Source: Chiloscyllium plagiosum
Lineage: Eukaryota
Direction of reading: 5' to 3'
DNA: 64,000 nt
Assembly: GCF_004010195.1 (NCBI RefSeq)
Contig: NC_057751.1
Coordinates: 5,090,199 to 5,154,198, forward strand
Within the stretch, counting starts at the first letter, position 1, and every line of letters begins with the position of its first letter. The translations under genes were made by a program, and so were the position numbers. Below are positions 13,341 to 26,499 of the stretch, one piece after another. The notes under the pieces are model-generated. The model was given only the letters and a program-made list of their open reading frames with translations, did no database searches and was not told the DNA's origin.

Positions 13341-13439
13341 CTTGTCAGCGACAGTGTTCTGTCTGGCATAGACAGCCATCAGCTCAGTCACCTCTGTGTC
13401 CTGCTCACCAGCAACCACAGCAGCTCCATTGATCACCAC
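13341..13439 (-). CDS. SLC23A2: SLC23A2 coding exon 2
   Basis: VVINGAAVVAGEQDTEVTELMAVYARQNTVADK; 99 nt, AG/GT flanked. Confidence 0.93.
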
Positions 13440-13554
13440 CTACACGGACAGGAGGAAGATCCATTAGAGAAACAGGGCTATCTGGCTGAGGTGACAGCTT
13501 TCCCCTCTCACTCTCCTCCTGATACACAGCTCTCTGCCCCAAACACACCAGATG

Positions 13555-13800
13555 ACATGGGAGCAGCAGGAGGCCACTCAGCCCATCCAGTCTGCTCTGC
13601 CTTTCAATCAGATTGTGGCTGACCTGATCACCCACCACTTCCCTTTCCTGCCTGTTCCCCATCACCCTTCATCCCTCCCTCCCCTCTGTCTCAGCCTTTA
13701 GTGACCCAGCCTCGCCATCCCTCTGCGGGAGAGAATCCCACAGCCTCACTCCCCTCAGACAGGAGAAATTCCTCCACATCCCTCTCGTCAGTGGGTGACC
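13555..13800 (-). mobile_element. CR1-like 3' tail, near-identical to 5140-5390 and 23215-23450
   Basis: Reverse complement matches the other two copies almost base for base. Confidence 0.8.
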
Positions 13801-14368
13801 AGGGAACCTCTTCAGAAGGCCACTCGTAGCCTCGCTGATATCCCTCGAAAAGCTGCTCCAGCCGTCAGGATGCACAGTGTGCTTTTCCGATGGAGATGGA
13901 AGGCAGTGAAGGGGCATGGGTATCTCCTGGTACTTGGGAGGTCAGCCCACTTAGCTGTGGGTCTGGAGTCACGTGGAGGAAGGGACACCTGAATGGCTGG
14001 GTGGCTGTGACATGACAGGACTGCAGCTCCTGTAACCACCTTGCTCAGGGCCTATGCTGTGGGTTTTCACTGGGAAACGGCTGGGGTTAATTCAGCAGTC
14101 TGCGCCTGGGTGTGGGCAGGAAGCAGGTGTACCTTACAGATTTCACACTGACCGGGGAAGCTCCTGATCCAGGAAGGGCTCTGTACGAGCTGGCTGTTCT
14201 AAATTGGGGTGTGTGTGCTCCCAACTCTCCCAGCACGGTCAGAGTTCAGGGACTGGCTGAGACAGCAGCTCTCGTCTGAGCCTACACCAGCAGCCTGAGG
14301 GACCCTGCAGTCCCCACCACTATCCCCTGGGCCATCCACACCCAGAGGGAATCCCGCTGGCCCACGCT

Positions 14369-14400
<32 letters not shown>

Positions 14401-14824
14401 TGGGCCCGAGCTCCAACAGACTAACCTCCCTTGCCATCCACCCCCTCCAACAACCAGCAGGCCAAAGACGAATCTGACCTATTGGCGGTCCCAGAGTCCA
14501 AGCTGTCTTCACCCTCCCACCCTTGGACAAGGTGATCACATCACAAAGAGCAGAGTCTGACCCGGCTCCATTCTGTAACAATGGCCCTGAGCTCGGACAA
14601 CACAATGAGGATCTCTGCTCATCTCACAGGTACACAACTGGCCTCGGAGCCCTGACCCACACACCATCTCCCCTCCACCTCGCTCTCCTTCAACACAGCA
14701 AAGACAGAGCCACAGCTCAGCGGGACAGTGGCCAGCACTGTGCAGTGACTCGGCAGGATGCTGCACTCTGCAAAAAACACCCCACTCACTATCAGAGACA
14801 GAAAACGCAGCGACTTCCTCCAGC

Positions 14825-15060
14825 AGACAGACAGATGAAGACACAGAGGGAGTGAGGGAGAGAGACAGAGAGACGCGGGGGGGGGGGATGGAGGGAGAGA
14901 CAGGGGCAACAGAGAGAGAGAGGCAGACAGACAGAGACAGAGGGAGAGGGAGAGAGACAGAGACAGAGGGAGAGAGACACAGACAGAGACAGAGAGGGTT
15001 GAGAGAGAGAGACGGAGAAACGGAGCGAGAGAGCGAGAGAGCGCGACATGGACAGGGAGA
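14825..15060. repeat. GA/GACA-rich low-complexity tract
   Basis: Purine-rich simple repeats. Confidence 0.85.
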
Positions 15061-15442
15061 GGGATTTTGGACAGTGCTGTGATCAGAGACAGAAATGAGT
15101 CGGTGTTGAGGGAGACCAGTGCAGAACTTGGATCCAGGCGGGAACAGCCAAGTGTTGAAAACTGGAGGTAAAGACTAGTGGAAGACAGGACTCCCAGTGG
15201 GAGCTGGGAGATTGTATAGACAGAGACTGGCAGATGGAGAGAGTGAGGGAGTTGCTCTGCAGGAAGCCCAGTAGAGGGCAGAGCTGGAGGAGTGTCGATA
15301 GAAAAGTGAGAGTCAGTAATGGTCACTTACAGAGGGAGCCAAGGCTTCTCAGCATTCTTTCATTCAGCAGTTAGCTGCTCCATACTCACAAAGCCCAGGG
15401 AGAAGTGACCAGTGCTAACCCAGCACTAACCTGCCCCCTAAA

Positions 15443-15712
15443 GGACAGGATGGCTCAGTGGTTAGCACTGCTGCCTCACAGCACCAGGGACCCGGGTTCG
15501 ATTCCAGCCTCAGATCACTGTCTGTGTGGGTTTCCTCCCACAGTCCAAAGACGTGCAGGTTAGGGTGGAATGGCCATCCTTAACTGCCCTATAGTGCCCA
15601 GGGATACATAGGCTGGGTGGGCCAGGCATGGGAAATGGGATGGGGGCTCTTCTGAGGATTGGTGTGGACTCGATGGGCCAAATGGCCTGCTTCCATATGG
15701 CAGGGATTCTAT
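15443..15712 (+). mobile_element. V-SINE (HE1-like), internally deleted
   Basis: Box A/B head GGCTCAGTGGTTAGC...GGTTCGATTCC and shared tail. Confidence 0.85.
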
Positions 15713-17856
15713 GACCGATTCTCACTGCACTCCAGTACCCCAAGACAACACTCTGGCAGTGGGGGGGTTGGCATGGGCTCTTGCTGTGCATTGTTGGCAT
15801 TGCCCAATCACAATGACTGAAACAAAGGGCTCGCCTTCCCTCTTCCTGGGAAATCTTCCCACTGGATAGGGATCGGACACCTGGTGGTCCCAGCTTCCTG
15901 CTGGAGCAGATCTCCCAACCCCGATGTCCATGGAGACCCCGAGAGAGAGTGCACTGGTCACCAGTCCCACTGCAGAGGTTTGGTCGCAACATCTCAGCTT
16001 CCCACTCCCATGCAGTGCTGATAGGTTGCCAGAGTTCCACCAACAGACTGGTGGACTGGAAGAAATGGGACTCTGGAATGACTTGGACTTGGTTGGATTG
16101 AAGAGGAATTTAGCATTTGACTTGTTCGACCTGAATCACCCACCGAACGCACAAGGAAGCCTTGAGGAAGAACTCAGAGATGGGGTTTCCGTTTTCATTG
16201 TTGGTCAAAGAACTTTGGACAAACCCTTACATTGGTGCAAACAGTTGCCTAGNNNNNNNNNNNNNNNNNNNNNNNNNNNNNNNNNNNNNNNNNNNNNNNN
16301 NNNNNNNNNNNNNNNNNNNNNNNNNNNNNNNNNNNNNNNNNNNNNNNNNNNNNNNNNNNNNNNNNNNNNNNNNNNNNNNNNNNNNNNNNNNNNNNNNNNN
16401 NNNNNNNNNNNNNNNNNNNNNNNNNNNNNNNNNNNNNNNNNNNNNNNNNNNNNNNNNNNNNNNNNNNNNNNNNNNNNNNNNNNNNNNNNNNNNNNNNNNN
16501 NNNNNNNNNNNNNNNNNNNNNNNNNNNNNNNNNNNNNNNNNNNNNNNNNNNNNNNNNNNNNNNNNNNNNNNNNNNNNNNNNNNNNNNNNNNNNNNNNNNN
16601 NNNNNNNNNNNNNNNNNNNNNNNNNNNNNNNNNNNNNNNNNNNNNNNNNNNNNNNNNNNNNNNNNNNNNNNNNNNNNNNNNNNNNNNNNNNNNNNNNNNN
16701 NNNNNNNNNNNNNNNNNNNNNNNNNNNNNNNNNNNNNNNNNNNNNNNNNNNNCATGTCCAAGACTAGGCCTGAGAACCTGACAACAGCTACGGGGTGTCC
16801 CAGTGCAGGAGCCTGCAGTACCAGGAGTAAGCTCAGGCCCCGTGGTGTTGGTGAAGGCAGAGACAGATGTGGCATGGTGACTGCACTGCCATGGCATTAG
16901 CAGCAGGGACTGTGGCAGTGGGATGGAGGAGACTGCACCCAGGCCCATCACTCAGCTCGGGGAAGGAGCTTGACCCAGGTAAGACTAGAAGATCAACTTC
17001 ACTCTCGTATTTCATGGCTCTGTAGCCACATCCTGTGGTTTAAGGTGGTGCTGCAGAGTGGAGACCCTCAACAACACTTTTCACTGTATTTGTAATAAAT
17101 ACACCTGTCAAGAAACAAATCAAATCCTCAGTCAGTTATCCACCTGTAGTGCACTCACAGATCACCCTTCAAACTCTCTCTGTACCTGTGTGTGCGTGGA
17201 GCCATCAGCAGCTCCTGTCTCTCTCTCTGTCTCTCTCTCTCTGTCTCCCCACTGATGCTCTATGAGCTGCTGTCTCCAGGAATTCCCTATCTCACTCTAG
17301 CCCCTGACTGGATTCCTCTTCTTTCAGAGACAAGAGCGACAGTACGAAAACAGCAGTGAGGACTCATGGTCTGGATGGTATCTCACTGGTTGTAGCTCAT
17401 CTCCTGTTCAGCTTCTAACAGCGGCTGACTTCAAAGACACATCATCAACTCTTGAACATTGTGAACGATCCTGAAACAATGAAACCTTCCCACCAAGTAA
17501 ACCATCGCCTCCCCGGAGAGGAGTCAATGATTAGCATTCACTCTGACAGGATGGCCCAAGGCAGGATTGAGATTATTCAGGCTGACTCACCTTCATTCTG
17601 AAAGCTGATGGGGAAAAACCAGGCTTATTCAGTCAGTCAGGGTCTCAGGGAATCAACAAGCAGACCAGAGAAGCTGAGGGCCTTACGTTGTGTGGTTTGA
17701 GTGACAAACGACCATCACTCAACAAACAACAGCACATCCCCATTGCTAATGAAAAGGGACAAGTGAAGGCACCCTAGGTCTTGAAAAGGACTGATTCCCA
17801 TCTTTCTGTTCTGATCATGTGTGTCAAACTGTCTGCCTTATTTCTCAATGTGTGTG

Positions 17857-17888
<32 letters not shown>

Positions 17889-19959
17889 GCATGTCTGTGA
17901 GGGTGTGGATAGTTTGGTTGTTGAAGTGTTTACTTGCAGTCACACATTGGTGGAGATTATTAAGGCTGTGCCAATGTTCTGGAATTACAACCGGGAGTAA
18001 GGAAAACCTACAGTGAATGATGTGTGTCCTGAAGACTGGGCACTCCCAGACACACTGACCACCATCCCACTGGTCTCTGGGGCACTTCACAGACTTGGGG
18101 GTGGGGGGGTAAGAGAGAGAGACATTCAGAGAGCAAGAGAATGAGAGAGCAAGAACAACAAAGAGAGAGAAGGAGAGAGAGAGAGAATTGACAGAGACTG
18201 AGATGTGGAAAGAGGGTGGACAGAGAGGTGGGGGGAGCAAGACAGAGAGAGTGAATGATGAATGATGAACAGAGAGGCAAGGAGAAATATGTATGCACAG
18301 AGCTTCAGGGCATTTTGTGACAGAATGGCCAGAGATAGAGTCCACAATGTCTTCCCATACCCTGCAAGGTCAGGGCACAGAGAGATAGCCAACATCATTG
18401 ACAGTGGGCCTGGAAGGAAGCAGCTGTGTGCTCACAGTGCAATGATGACCGTGTCACTGGGCTTGGAATGATACCACAAGCACGACACACACACACATCA
18501 CTGAGAGCAGGGTGCAGTGACGTCGTGTGAGAGGCTGAGCCTCAGGTCCTGGGGACACAGACTCAGATCTCATTCACCTCCTTCAGTGTAGATCCACTCA
18601 GCTGATTGTTCCATCTGATAAAGGAAGGAAATCTGCCGGCTTTATCCAGTCTGGCCTACCCGACAGTGAGCTCTGGCCAATAACATTCACACTCAAATGA
18701 AGAAATGAGAACAAACTCAGTCTGTCAGTGGGGGCGGGGGCGGGGGGTGGGGGTGAAGCTAGGAGTAAGTGCAGATGATGACTCAGGGCCTGATTTCCAT
18801 ACACACTGTTGTTATACAGATTACAGAAGGCATCATCAGGGCCAGCCTACAGCTTATTGACCCACAGCCAGGGAAAACACTGCTTGGCTTTTCACAGGAT
18901 CTCACCCCATCCCCCACCAGATCTGGGACACAGGAAAATCGCAGGCTCGGACTTACAATGACCCGACAGGACCTTGGCTGGGAGCGAGGGGTGCGTGGCA
19001 CCCCCAGTGCTCAGTATCTCGGGCGTGTCCACTCTGAGAGGGCCTCGCTCAGTCTCCACATGTGTCACACCCGCTAACGTTCTGCCAGAGGGAAGCACAC
19101 AGAAACTGGCACGTCTCCAGTCTTGTCCTCAGCCTGGTGATGCCCCTGGGCACTTGGATCACAGTCACTGCTGCCATGTTAGCACCTCGCTCACACAGAT
19201 GAGCTTACAGTCCAACAGCACGGTGATCGTTGACAGAAGAAGCGCTGAAGGAATAAGTGTTAAATGCCAGGATCAGCTCCCATTTGGAACAACACAAAGC
19301 AAACACTGGCATCAGGAAAGGTGTGTGTCTATCAGAGAACAGTAAGGCACCACTAAGGCCCACAGTCATGTTGGGATCTCTGTGCAGCTGTTTCAAGGTG
19401 CTGGGTTTTCCACCACACATGGAAGATCTTTCCTTGATAAAGTCACACCCTGCCCATCACCAGCCAAATGACCTGGAGCACTGAACGCCAGGGAAGATAA
19501 TCAGCACTTGGTCCCTCTGCCTCAGACACCCCTGAGGGGGCCACAGCAGACTCTGTATGTCAAGGTTAGCAAAAGTAAAACACACCAATTCCTTCATTTC
19601 TGTAAACGTGCTCATTATCTTGTCTCAAGCTGCTGTGGGACAAGACAAGGCAAGGCACGCAGTGGTGAATGTGTGCGAGGCAGTCTGCTCAATAGCATTC
19701 CTGACAATAACATCCAGCTCAAGTTTAGTGTGTCCCTGAAACCCTTCTCCAATTCAGCTCAACGTTCCCACCCTGAGCTCAGGGTTAGCAGCAAGGCCCA
19801 CCAATGAATGACAAAGACACAGCCCATCCACACAGAATCCATCGATCAGCTCAGTGTCAGCCAATCCACACAGCAGCACATGGAAAAGAAAGGATCAAGT
19901 CAGCCTTTAAGGTTAACAATGCACTCAAGAGATGCCCAAGTCAGAAAGAACGCTCTGGT

Positions 19960-20318
19960 GGGTGGCACGGTGGCACAGTGGTTACCACTGCTGCCTCACA
20001 GCACCAGGGGTCTGGGTTCGATTCCAGCCTCGGGCGACTGTCTGTGTGGAGTTTGCACATTTTCCCCGTGTCTGTGTGGGTTTCCTCCAGGTGCTCCAGT
20101 TTCCTCCCACAGTCCAAAGATGCGCAGGTTAGGGTGAATTGGTCATGCTAAATTGCCCCCACAGTGTTCAGGGATGTAGAGGTTAGGTGGGTTAGCCACT
20201 GGAAATACAAGGTTACAAAGACAGATTGAGAAGTTGAGTTTGGGAGGTATGCTCCCCAGAGGGTTGGTGTGGACTCGATGGGCCGAATGGCCTGCTCCCA
20301 CGCCATGGGGATTCTATG
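19960..20318 (+). mobile_element. V-SINE (HE1-like), full length
   Basis: tRNA head, V-domain, tail GGGATTCTATGA. Confidence 0.9.
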
Positions 20319-20709
20319 AAAGGTGTGTGTGTGCCATTCCTCGGGCCATCAGCTCCTGGCAGTCTGACAGAGCAGATCCCAGGATTCCAGCTGGAAGGTG
20401 AGCCTTCTCAGCAGCTTCCCAAGCAGAGATGTGAAGGATGGGGACAGCAGCCATCCTCTGGGCTCAGCAGCAGAATGTCTGGAGGCAACTCCAGGTGGAA
20501 TCAGGGAGCAGATTTCTGCTAAGGTCCAGCTACTGGGAGAACACCAAAACACTAACGTTACCATTCAACAGAAGAACAAAAGGTTTAGGTGGGAGACCAC
20601 TGCAACAAGATCGAAACCAAGAGCAGCATCTGCTGACTGACTGGTTCAAACATCGACAAAAGAGCTGAATTCCTGAGGTGAGCTGAGAGTGACACCCCCT
20701 CACGAGAGT

Positions 20710-21940
20710 GGTACCACAAAGCCCTCACAGAACTGAAATCAATGGCTATCAGGGAAAATGCTCCAGTGGTTGGAGTCATACCTGGCACACAGGAAGAGGG
20801 TTGTGGTTGTTGGAGGGTCAGTCATCTCAGCTCCAGGACATCTCTGCAGGAGTTCCTCAGGGTGGTAGATACACGGGAACACTACCCCCTGTACATTCCC
20901 TTCCAAACCCCTCACCATCCTGACTTGGAAATCTCTCGCTGTTCCATCGCTGTCACTGGATCAAATTCTGGAATTCCCTCCCTAAGGGCATTGTGGGTCT
21001 GCAGTGGTCCTCGGTCCAACCATCTTCATTAATGACCTTCCTTCTGTGAGAAGGTCTGAAATGGGGATGTTCACTAATGGTTGCACAGGATCGTGACTCC
21101 TCGGATACTGAAGCAGCCCACGTTCAAAAGCAGCATGACTTGGACAATATCCGGGCTTGTGCTGACAAGTAATATTTGCCCCACACAAATGCCAAGCAAT
21201 GATCATGTCAAATAAGACACAATCTAACCACCACCCCTTGATATCAATGGTGTTACCATCACTGAATCTCCCTCTATCAACTGCCTGGGGGTAATTGACC
21301 AGAAATTCCATTGGACTCCCCACATAAACACAGCGGCTACAAGTGCAGATTAGAGACTGGGAATACTGTGGTGAGTAACTCCCCTCCTGACTCCCCAAAG
21401 CCTGTCCACCATCTACAAGGCCCAAGTCAGGAGTGGGATGGAAAACTCCCCACTTGCCTCGATGGGGGCAGCTCCAACAACACTCAAGAAGTTTGACACC
21501 ATCCAGGACAAAGCCCCCACTTGATTGGCCCCACACCCATAAACATCCACTCTGTCCACCACCGGCGCTCAGTAGCAGCAGTGTGTACCATCTACAAGAT
21601 ACACTGCAGCAATTCACCAAAGATCCTCAGGCAGCACCTTCCAAACCCATGACCACTTCCATCTGGAAGGACAAGGGCAGCAGATACATGGGAACACCAC
21701 CCCCTACAAGGTCCCCTCCGAACCTCTGACCATCCTGACTTGGAAATATATTGGCGTTCCTTCACTGTCACTGGGTCCGAATCCTGGAATTCCCTCCCTT
21801 AGGGCATTGTGGGTCTACCCACAGCACATGGACTGCAGCAGTTCAAGACACCAGCTCACCCCCACCTTCTCAAGGGGGCAACTAGGGAAGGGCAGGAAAT
21901 GCTGGGCCCAGCCAGCAATGCCCATGCCTCATAAATGAAC
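20710..21940 (+). mobile_element. Degenerate non-LTR retrotransposon 3' region (same family as 10480-11530)
   Basis: Colinear similarity with the 10.5-11.5 kb copy; the minus-strand ORFs of both begin VNCCSVSCRWYTLLLL. Confidence 0.7.
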
Positions 21941-23149
21941 AATCGTTTGAAAGAAAAGTTTGAATAATGTTGAAGATGGATTTGAGGACACAGTCTTTGA
22001 ACATTAGTCATGTGTGGAACCAATCTGCAAACGTGCACTGTGGAATATTCTGGAAGGTAGGGCCACTGTGCTCATGTCAATGACCTCATCATCCCGAACT
22101 CCGAGTGAATGTTCTGGGTTCAAACCCAACCATGGCAGAAAGTAATATTTCAACTCGATAAAAGCATCTAGAATTAAAAACCAGATCAGCCTCTGACAAT
22201 TATTGGTGACTCATCTGGTTCAATCCTGTCCGACAGGGAAGGATAACTGATTGCATCATGCCTGTGCTCCATTTTCCTGACATTCTCTCCCCCCCAGTTC
22301 TGAATGTGTTGTCTTGTTTACTTGGCTGACAGTGTAAAAGATGTGTTCCCTGTCTTTCACACCTCAGTTCATATCCATTTTACAGCTAGTCTCCTCCTCT
22401 CTCTCACTGCTGTTAATAAGCCCTTTGTCTTTATCACTGAGCCACTGTACCATCTGTTCACCACTCCTCCATCTCTGTTAAAAGTCTTTTTTTTTAAAAA
22501 AACAGACATTCTCCAATGTCTTTCAGTTCTGAAGTCAAACCAGATTGGAAAGGTGAACCCATATTTTTAGCCCTCTCTCCACAGATGCTGCCAGGGCGTC
22601 TGGGTTTCTCAAACATCAACTGTTCAGCATCATCTACCACCACCATCTATCTGGTCTACAAGTGACTCCAGACCCCCAGCATGGTGGCTGACTTCCAAAT
22701 GCCCTCTGGTCAAACCGGGCCAGGCACTACAGGAGACACACTCCTCAGACAAATAAGTATGAAAAGCAGTCCCAACAAGCAGCCAGCAGTGACTGAGATC
22801 ACTCACCCCCATTTACATAGTCTGACTTCAAAGGCAAGTCACTGAGTGACGCCCTTGGTCAAGTCAGATACAGAGAAATAGCAACATTCACCCACAGAAG
22901 GACAGGTCAAGTCGATCGAGTCTATGTTTGTTGGTGTTCAGAAGAGAGAGGAGACCTTGTTGAAATGTACAAGATTCGCAGCCACATTCGGGAGATTGAA
23001 ACAACCCTAATATAAGCACATGGATGATGATGGGATAGTGGAAGGGGACGAGCTGAGAAGGGTTCACAGGCTGGCGCAACGTTGAGGACCGAAGGGCCTG
23101 TCCTGCGCTGCATTGTTCCATGTTCTACCCTTAGGGTTCTTGGTGGGAT

Positions 23150-23450
23150 GGATGTGGGGAGGCTGTTTCCCCTTGTGGGAGAGTCTGGGACCAGAGGGTG
23201 TCGTCTCAGGGAAAGGGAGTGATGTGGAGGAGTTTCTCCTCTCTGAGGGGAGTGAGGCTGTGGGATTCTCTCCCGCAGAGGGATGGCGAGGCTGGGTCAC
23301 TAAAGGCTGAGACAGAGGGGAGGGAGGGGGAATCGAGGGCGATGGGGAACAGGCAGGAAAGGGAAGTGGTGGGTGATCAGGTCAGCCACAATCTGATTGA
23401 ATGGCGGAGCAGACTGGATGGGCTGAATGGTCTATTTCTGCTCCTGTGTT
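23150..23450 (+). mobile_element. CR1-like 3' tail
   Basis: VRLWDSLPQRDGEAGSLK..., near-identical to 5140-5390. Confidence 0.8.
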
Positions 23451-23689
23451 GAACAGCCAAACGACATGTGCCCTGAAGGAGACGAGCTGCTGTGAATAGG
23501 GGTGGTTTGTTCAAGTGCCCTGAAAAGCCAGGCTGAGGAGCCTTGGGCGCTCAGTCACTGCTCCCACTGATGTTGCTGTTATGTGGGCTGCACAGTCTGG
23601 GATCCCCCTGTGCTAACCTCCCGGTGAACCAGCCCTCCTTCCTCGCCTAGCAGCTTGGTGGGGAAACGGGTGCTAGGACTGTGTCTTAC

Positions 23690-23797
23690 CGGCATTGGGA
23701 AGAAAGTTGTGGAGTGTTTCTCTTCCTCATACTTGTCCTCGCAAGAGTTGGCTGACTCCATGGTGCCCTTGGGTGCTGTATTCTTGCCAATGCCCAT
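23690..23797 (-). CDS. SLC23A2: SLC23A2 first coding exon (exon probably extends as 5' UTR to an acceptor at 23961-23962)
   Basis: MGIGKNTAPKGTMESANSCEDKYEEEKHSTTFFPMP resembles the SVCT2 N-terminus; donor CCG|GTAAG; upstream acceptor TTTCTATTTGCAG. Confidence 0.92.
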
Positions 23798-24982
23798 CGG
23801 TTCGGGAGTCCAGGGGTGTAGTTTGGTGCTTTAAAGCCGTAATGTACCAGAATGTTACCTCCCTCTCGGTCTCCGTCTGTCTGTCACTCACACACCCATT
23901 ACATGCTGCTCAGGGACAATAAGCAGCAGGTCCACATGTGGGTGGATGGAGAGATCCTTGCTGCAAATAGAAACACAGTATCACAGAATGGTTACAGTGT
24001 GCAAGTACACCATTCTGCCCGTCATTCGGTCTGCCTGTCTCTGTTATCTAGTCCTGCTCTGGTTTTAAATGTACCTTTTGCCCTTTGTCCCTGTGCACGA
24101 TGGCTATCCCAACCACAGCAAAGCCACCAAAGGCCCTCCAGAAAGCCTCAAATATCTATCAGAGTCAGCAATTTGCCTCAAGATGGATACACTGGGCCTG
24201 GATACAGAGTCTCAACCAGGGAACATCTCTCCCCTGCTGCCTGTGTGTGTGTGTGTGTGTACAAATTCCAACCAAACAGAAACATACCCAAACCCTGAAT
24301 CGCTGAAAGAAGGGGCCATTGCACAAGCAAGAGATGGGGGCTGGCCGAGCAAGGTCACAGAGTGGGAGACAAAATCTTGATCTTCACTTGCAAGCTTTCC
24401 CTGGAGCAATAAGTGTTCCTCATGTCACATTATCCAACATAGTTACCAAACATCTCTGGGCGTTTGCAAATACAGTACTGAACACAATCAGCCTGGGGGG
24501 GGGGGGGGGGGGGAAGGAGAGAGGAAACTTTGTCGCTGAGGGAAAGACAAGGATACCCAGGGCAGGAGCCTGACAGATAGAGAGATCCGGATTTGCTGCT
24601 GTCTGCCTGCCTGCCTGCGTGCTGGGAGAAAGAAACTGACGGACTCTGATCTGCACAGTCCCTCCATTAGCGCCATCATGAAATAAAATCCGATTAAAAA
24701 GAAAAAGGAACAGAGATCAGAGGGTGACCGGGATCTCTGCTGCTGCTGGTGGAGAGAGAGAGCCAAATGAATGAGGCATGTGGTGTGCAGACCCCCCCAC
24801 ACACACACACACCCCCACACACAGAGGGAGAGAGCTCCTATTGTCTTGTCGCGGCTCCGCTATCTCTGAGGCTGCATTGCTTTAGCCCCCAGTCCCGGCG
24901 TCTCCCAAAGCAAGCAGCCTGCTTCCCTCTCGCTGCTTTCCCCTTGGCCAAACCGGCCTTGCATTCTGGCTGATCTCCTTAC

Positions 24983-25130
24983 CTGGGTCTCCAGGCCCCT
25001 GTCGCAGCTCTCTGGCTGGATCTGGATCTGTGTGTGTGTGCAATGGTCCCGGACTGACACACACTGACTTTCTCTCTCTCTCTCTCTCTATACACCGGAA
25101 GAAATTAGTCCCTCCGTTCCTTCCGTTACT
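24983..25130 (-). promoter_or_regulatory. Candidate non-coding first exon and promoter of SLC23A2
   Basis: Strong donor CAG|GTAAGG at 24982, local CpG enrichment, ETS-like CCGGAAG near 25095; no transcript evidence. Confidence 0.35.
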
Positions 25131-26008
25131 GACTTACACACAGACAGTGCAGTGAGACAGAGCAGTGCTCCCAGCCAGCTCCAGCTCCCGCTCCTTCCTT
25201 CCTTCCTTCCCCATTGCAATGCCATCAAGCGCCCTCTGCAGCCTTGTACTCTCTGTGTCACACACAGAGTGGCCACTCGGCCCGTCCCATTCATTCCGGA
25301 TCCATCTGTCCCTGTTCCCTCCCCACCTCCTGATCTCTCTCTCTCTCCCCTCCTGGTCTGTACTCAGCCTCCCGAGGGACAGATTTCTACAGGTTTCACC
25401 TCAGACTGCCTTCAATTTTGCAAAGGATCTCACTCCCTTACAGCAATGTGTAAAATGGGCTGAATGGCCTCCCGCATCGCTGAGCGTGTAGTTCAGGGCT
25501 CCTGGGGTCTCCGGACCAAATTAAACACTTACCCAAAGACATCTATCCATGAGACCGACTGGTGGAAGGGAGGGCCGGGCATTTGGGGAACACTAGCTCA
25601 GGGTGTGATGGCTGTGAGGGGGAACGGGTACAGGAGGGTCAGCACAACCCCATCGATTCCCCACAAACTCAATCCAGCATCCACACCTGGAGCGACGAGG
25701 CTGACAAACTGACTGGATGTTTTTCATCTTCCTGTGATGGGGAATTCCACAGCCTCGCCACTCTCTGAGTGGAGAACTGTTCCCACATCTCAGTCTGTAA
25801 TGGTCTACCCCATATCCCTCTGAGACTGTGTTCTCCCACCCCAGCTGGAGACCCCTTGATACCTTTCAGACTGATTTTATTCCATCCTTCTGCACTCCAG
25901 TGGGTACAGGGCCAGTCGAACCAATCTCTCCCCACTCGATAGCCAAGTGAACTTTTACTGCACTCCCTCGAAGGACAGATCACAAATACAATCCCCTCCA
26001 GTGGTTTT

Positions 26009-26312
26009 GATTAGATTCCCTACGATGTGGAAACAGGCCCTTCGGCCCAACAAATCCATACCGACCCGCTGAAGAGCAACCCACCCAGACCCATTCCCCT
26101 ACACCGAATACTACAGGCAATTTAGCATGGCCAATTCACCTGACCTGCGCATCTTTGGACTGTGGGAGGAAACCGGAGCACCCGGAGGAAACCCACGCAG
26201 ACACGGGGAGAACGTGCAAACTCCACACAGACAGTTGCCCAAGGCTGGAATCAAACCTGAGTGTCTGGCACTGTGAGGCAGCGGTGCTAACCACTGTGCC
26301 ACCATGCTGCCC
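26009..26312 (-). mobile_element. V-SINE (HE1-like)
   Basis: Reverse-complement tRNA head, V-domain and AATCTAATC tail. Confidence 0.9.
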
Positions 26313-26499
26313 ACAAAGTTAAGTCAAAGATCTGAAATAATTTTCCTGTATTCACCAACAGCTATTGATGTTATCTTGCATTGTGTTCTGACTTCCTTAA
26401 CAAGTGACTTGCAAACAGACTGGAGAACACCAGGCACTGCCTGTCTGGCCACTCTTGGGTAGGGAGCCCAATACAGCCGGGGTACTCTGACCAAGTAAG

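Larger units (their letters stand above)
992..23797 (-). other. SLC23A2: SLC23A2 gene span, coding exons 1-9 (3' part outside the window)
   Basis: Nine GT-AG exons (108, 99, 117, 158, 89, 68, 182, 121, 157 nt) splice into one open frame matching SVCT2 from MGIGKN to WFKVPYP; synteny with PCNA and CDS2. Confidence 0.95.

Noticed and set aside
15924-16951. ORFs spanning the first N-gap (likewise at 28.2, 30.8 and 50.4 kb)
   Set aside because: Length is inflated by Ns; flanking peptides match nothing I recognise
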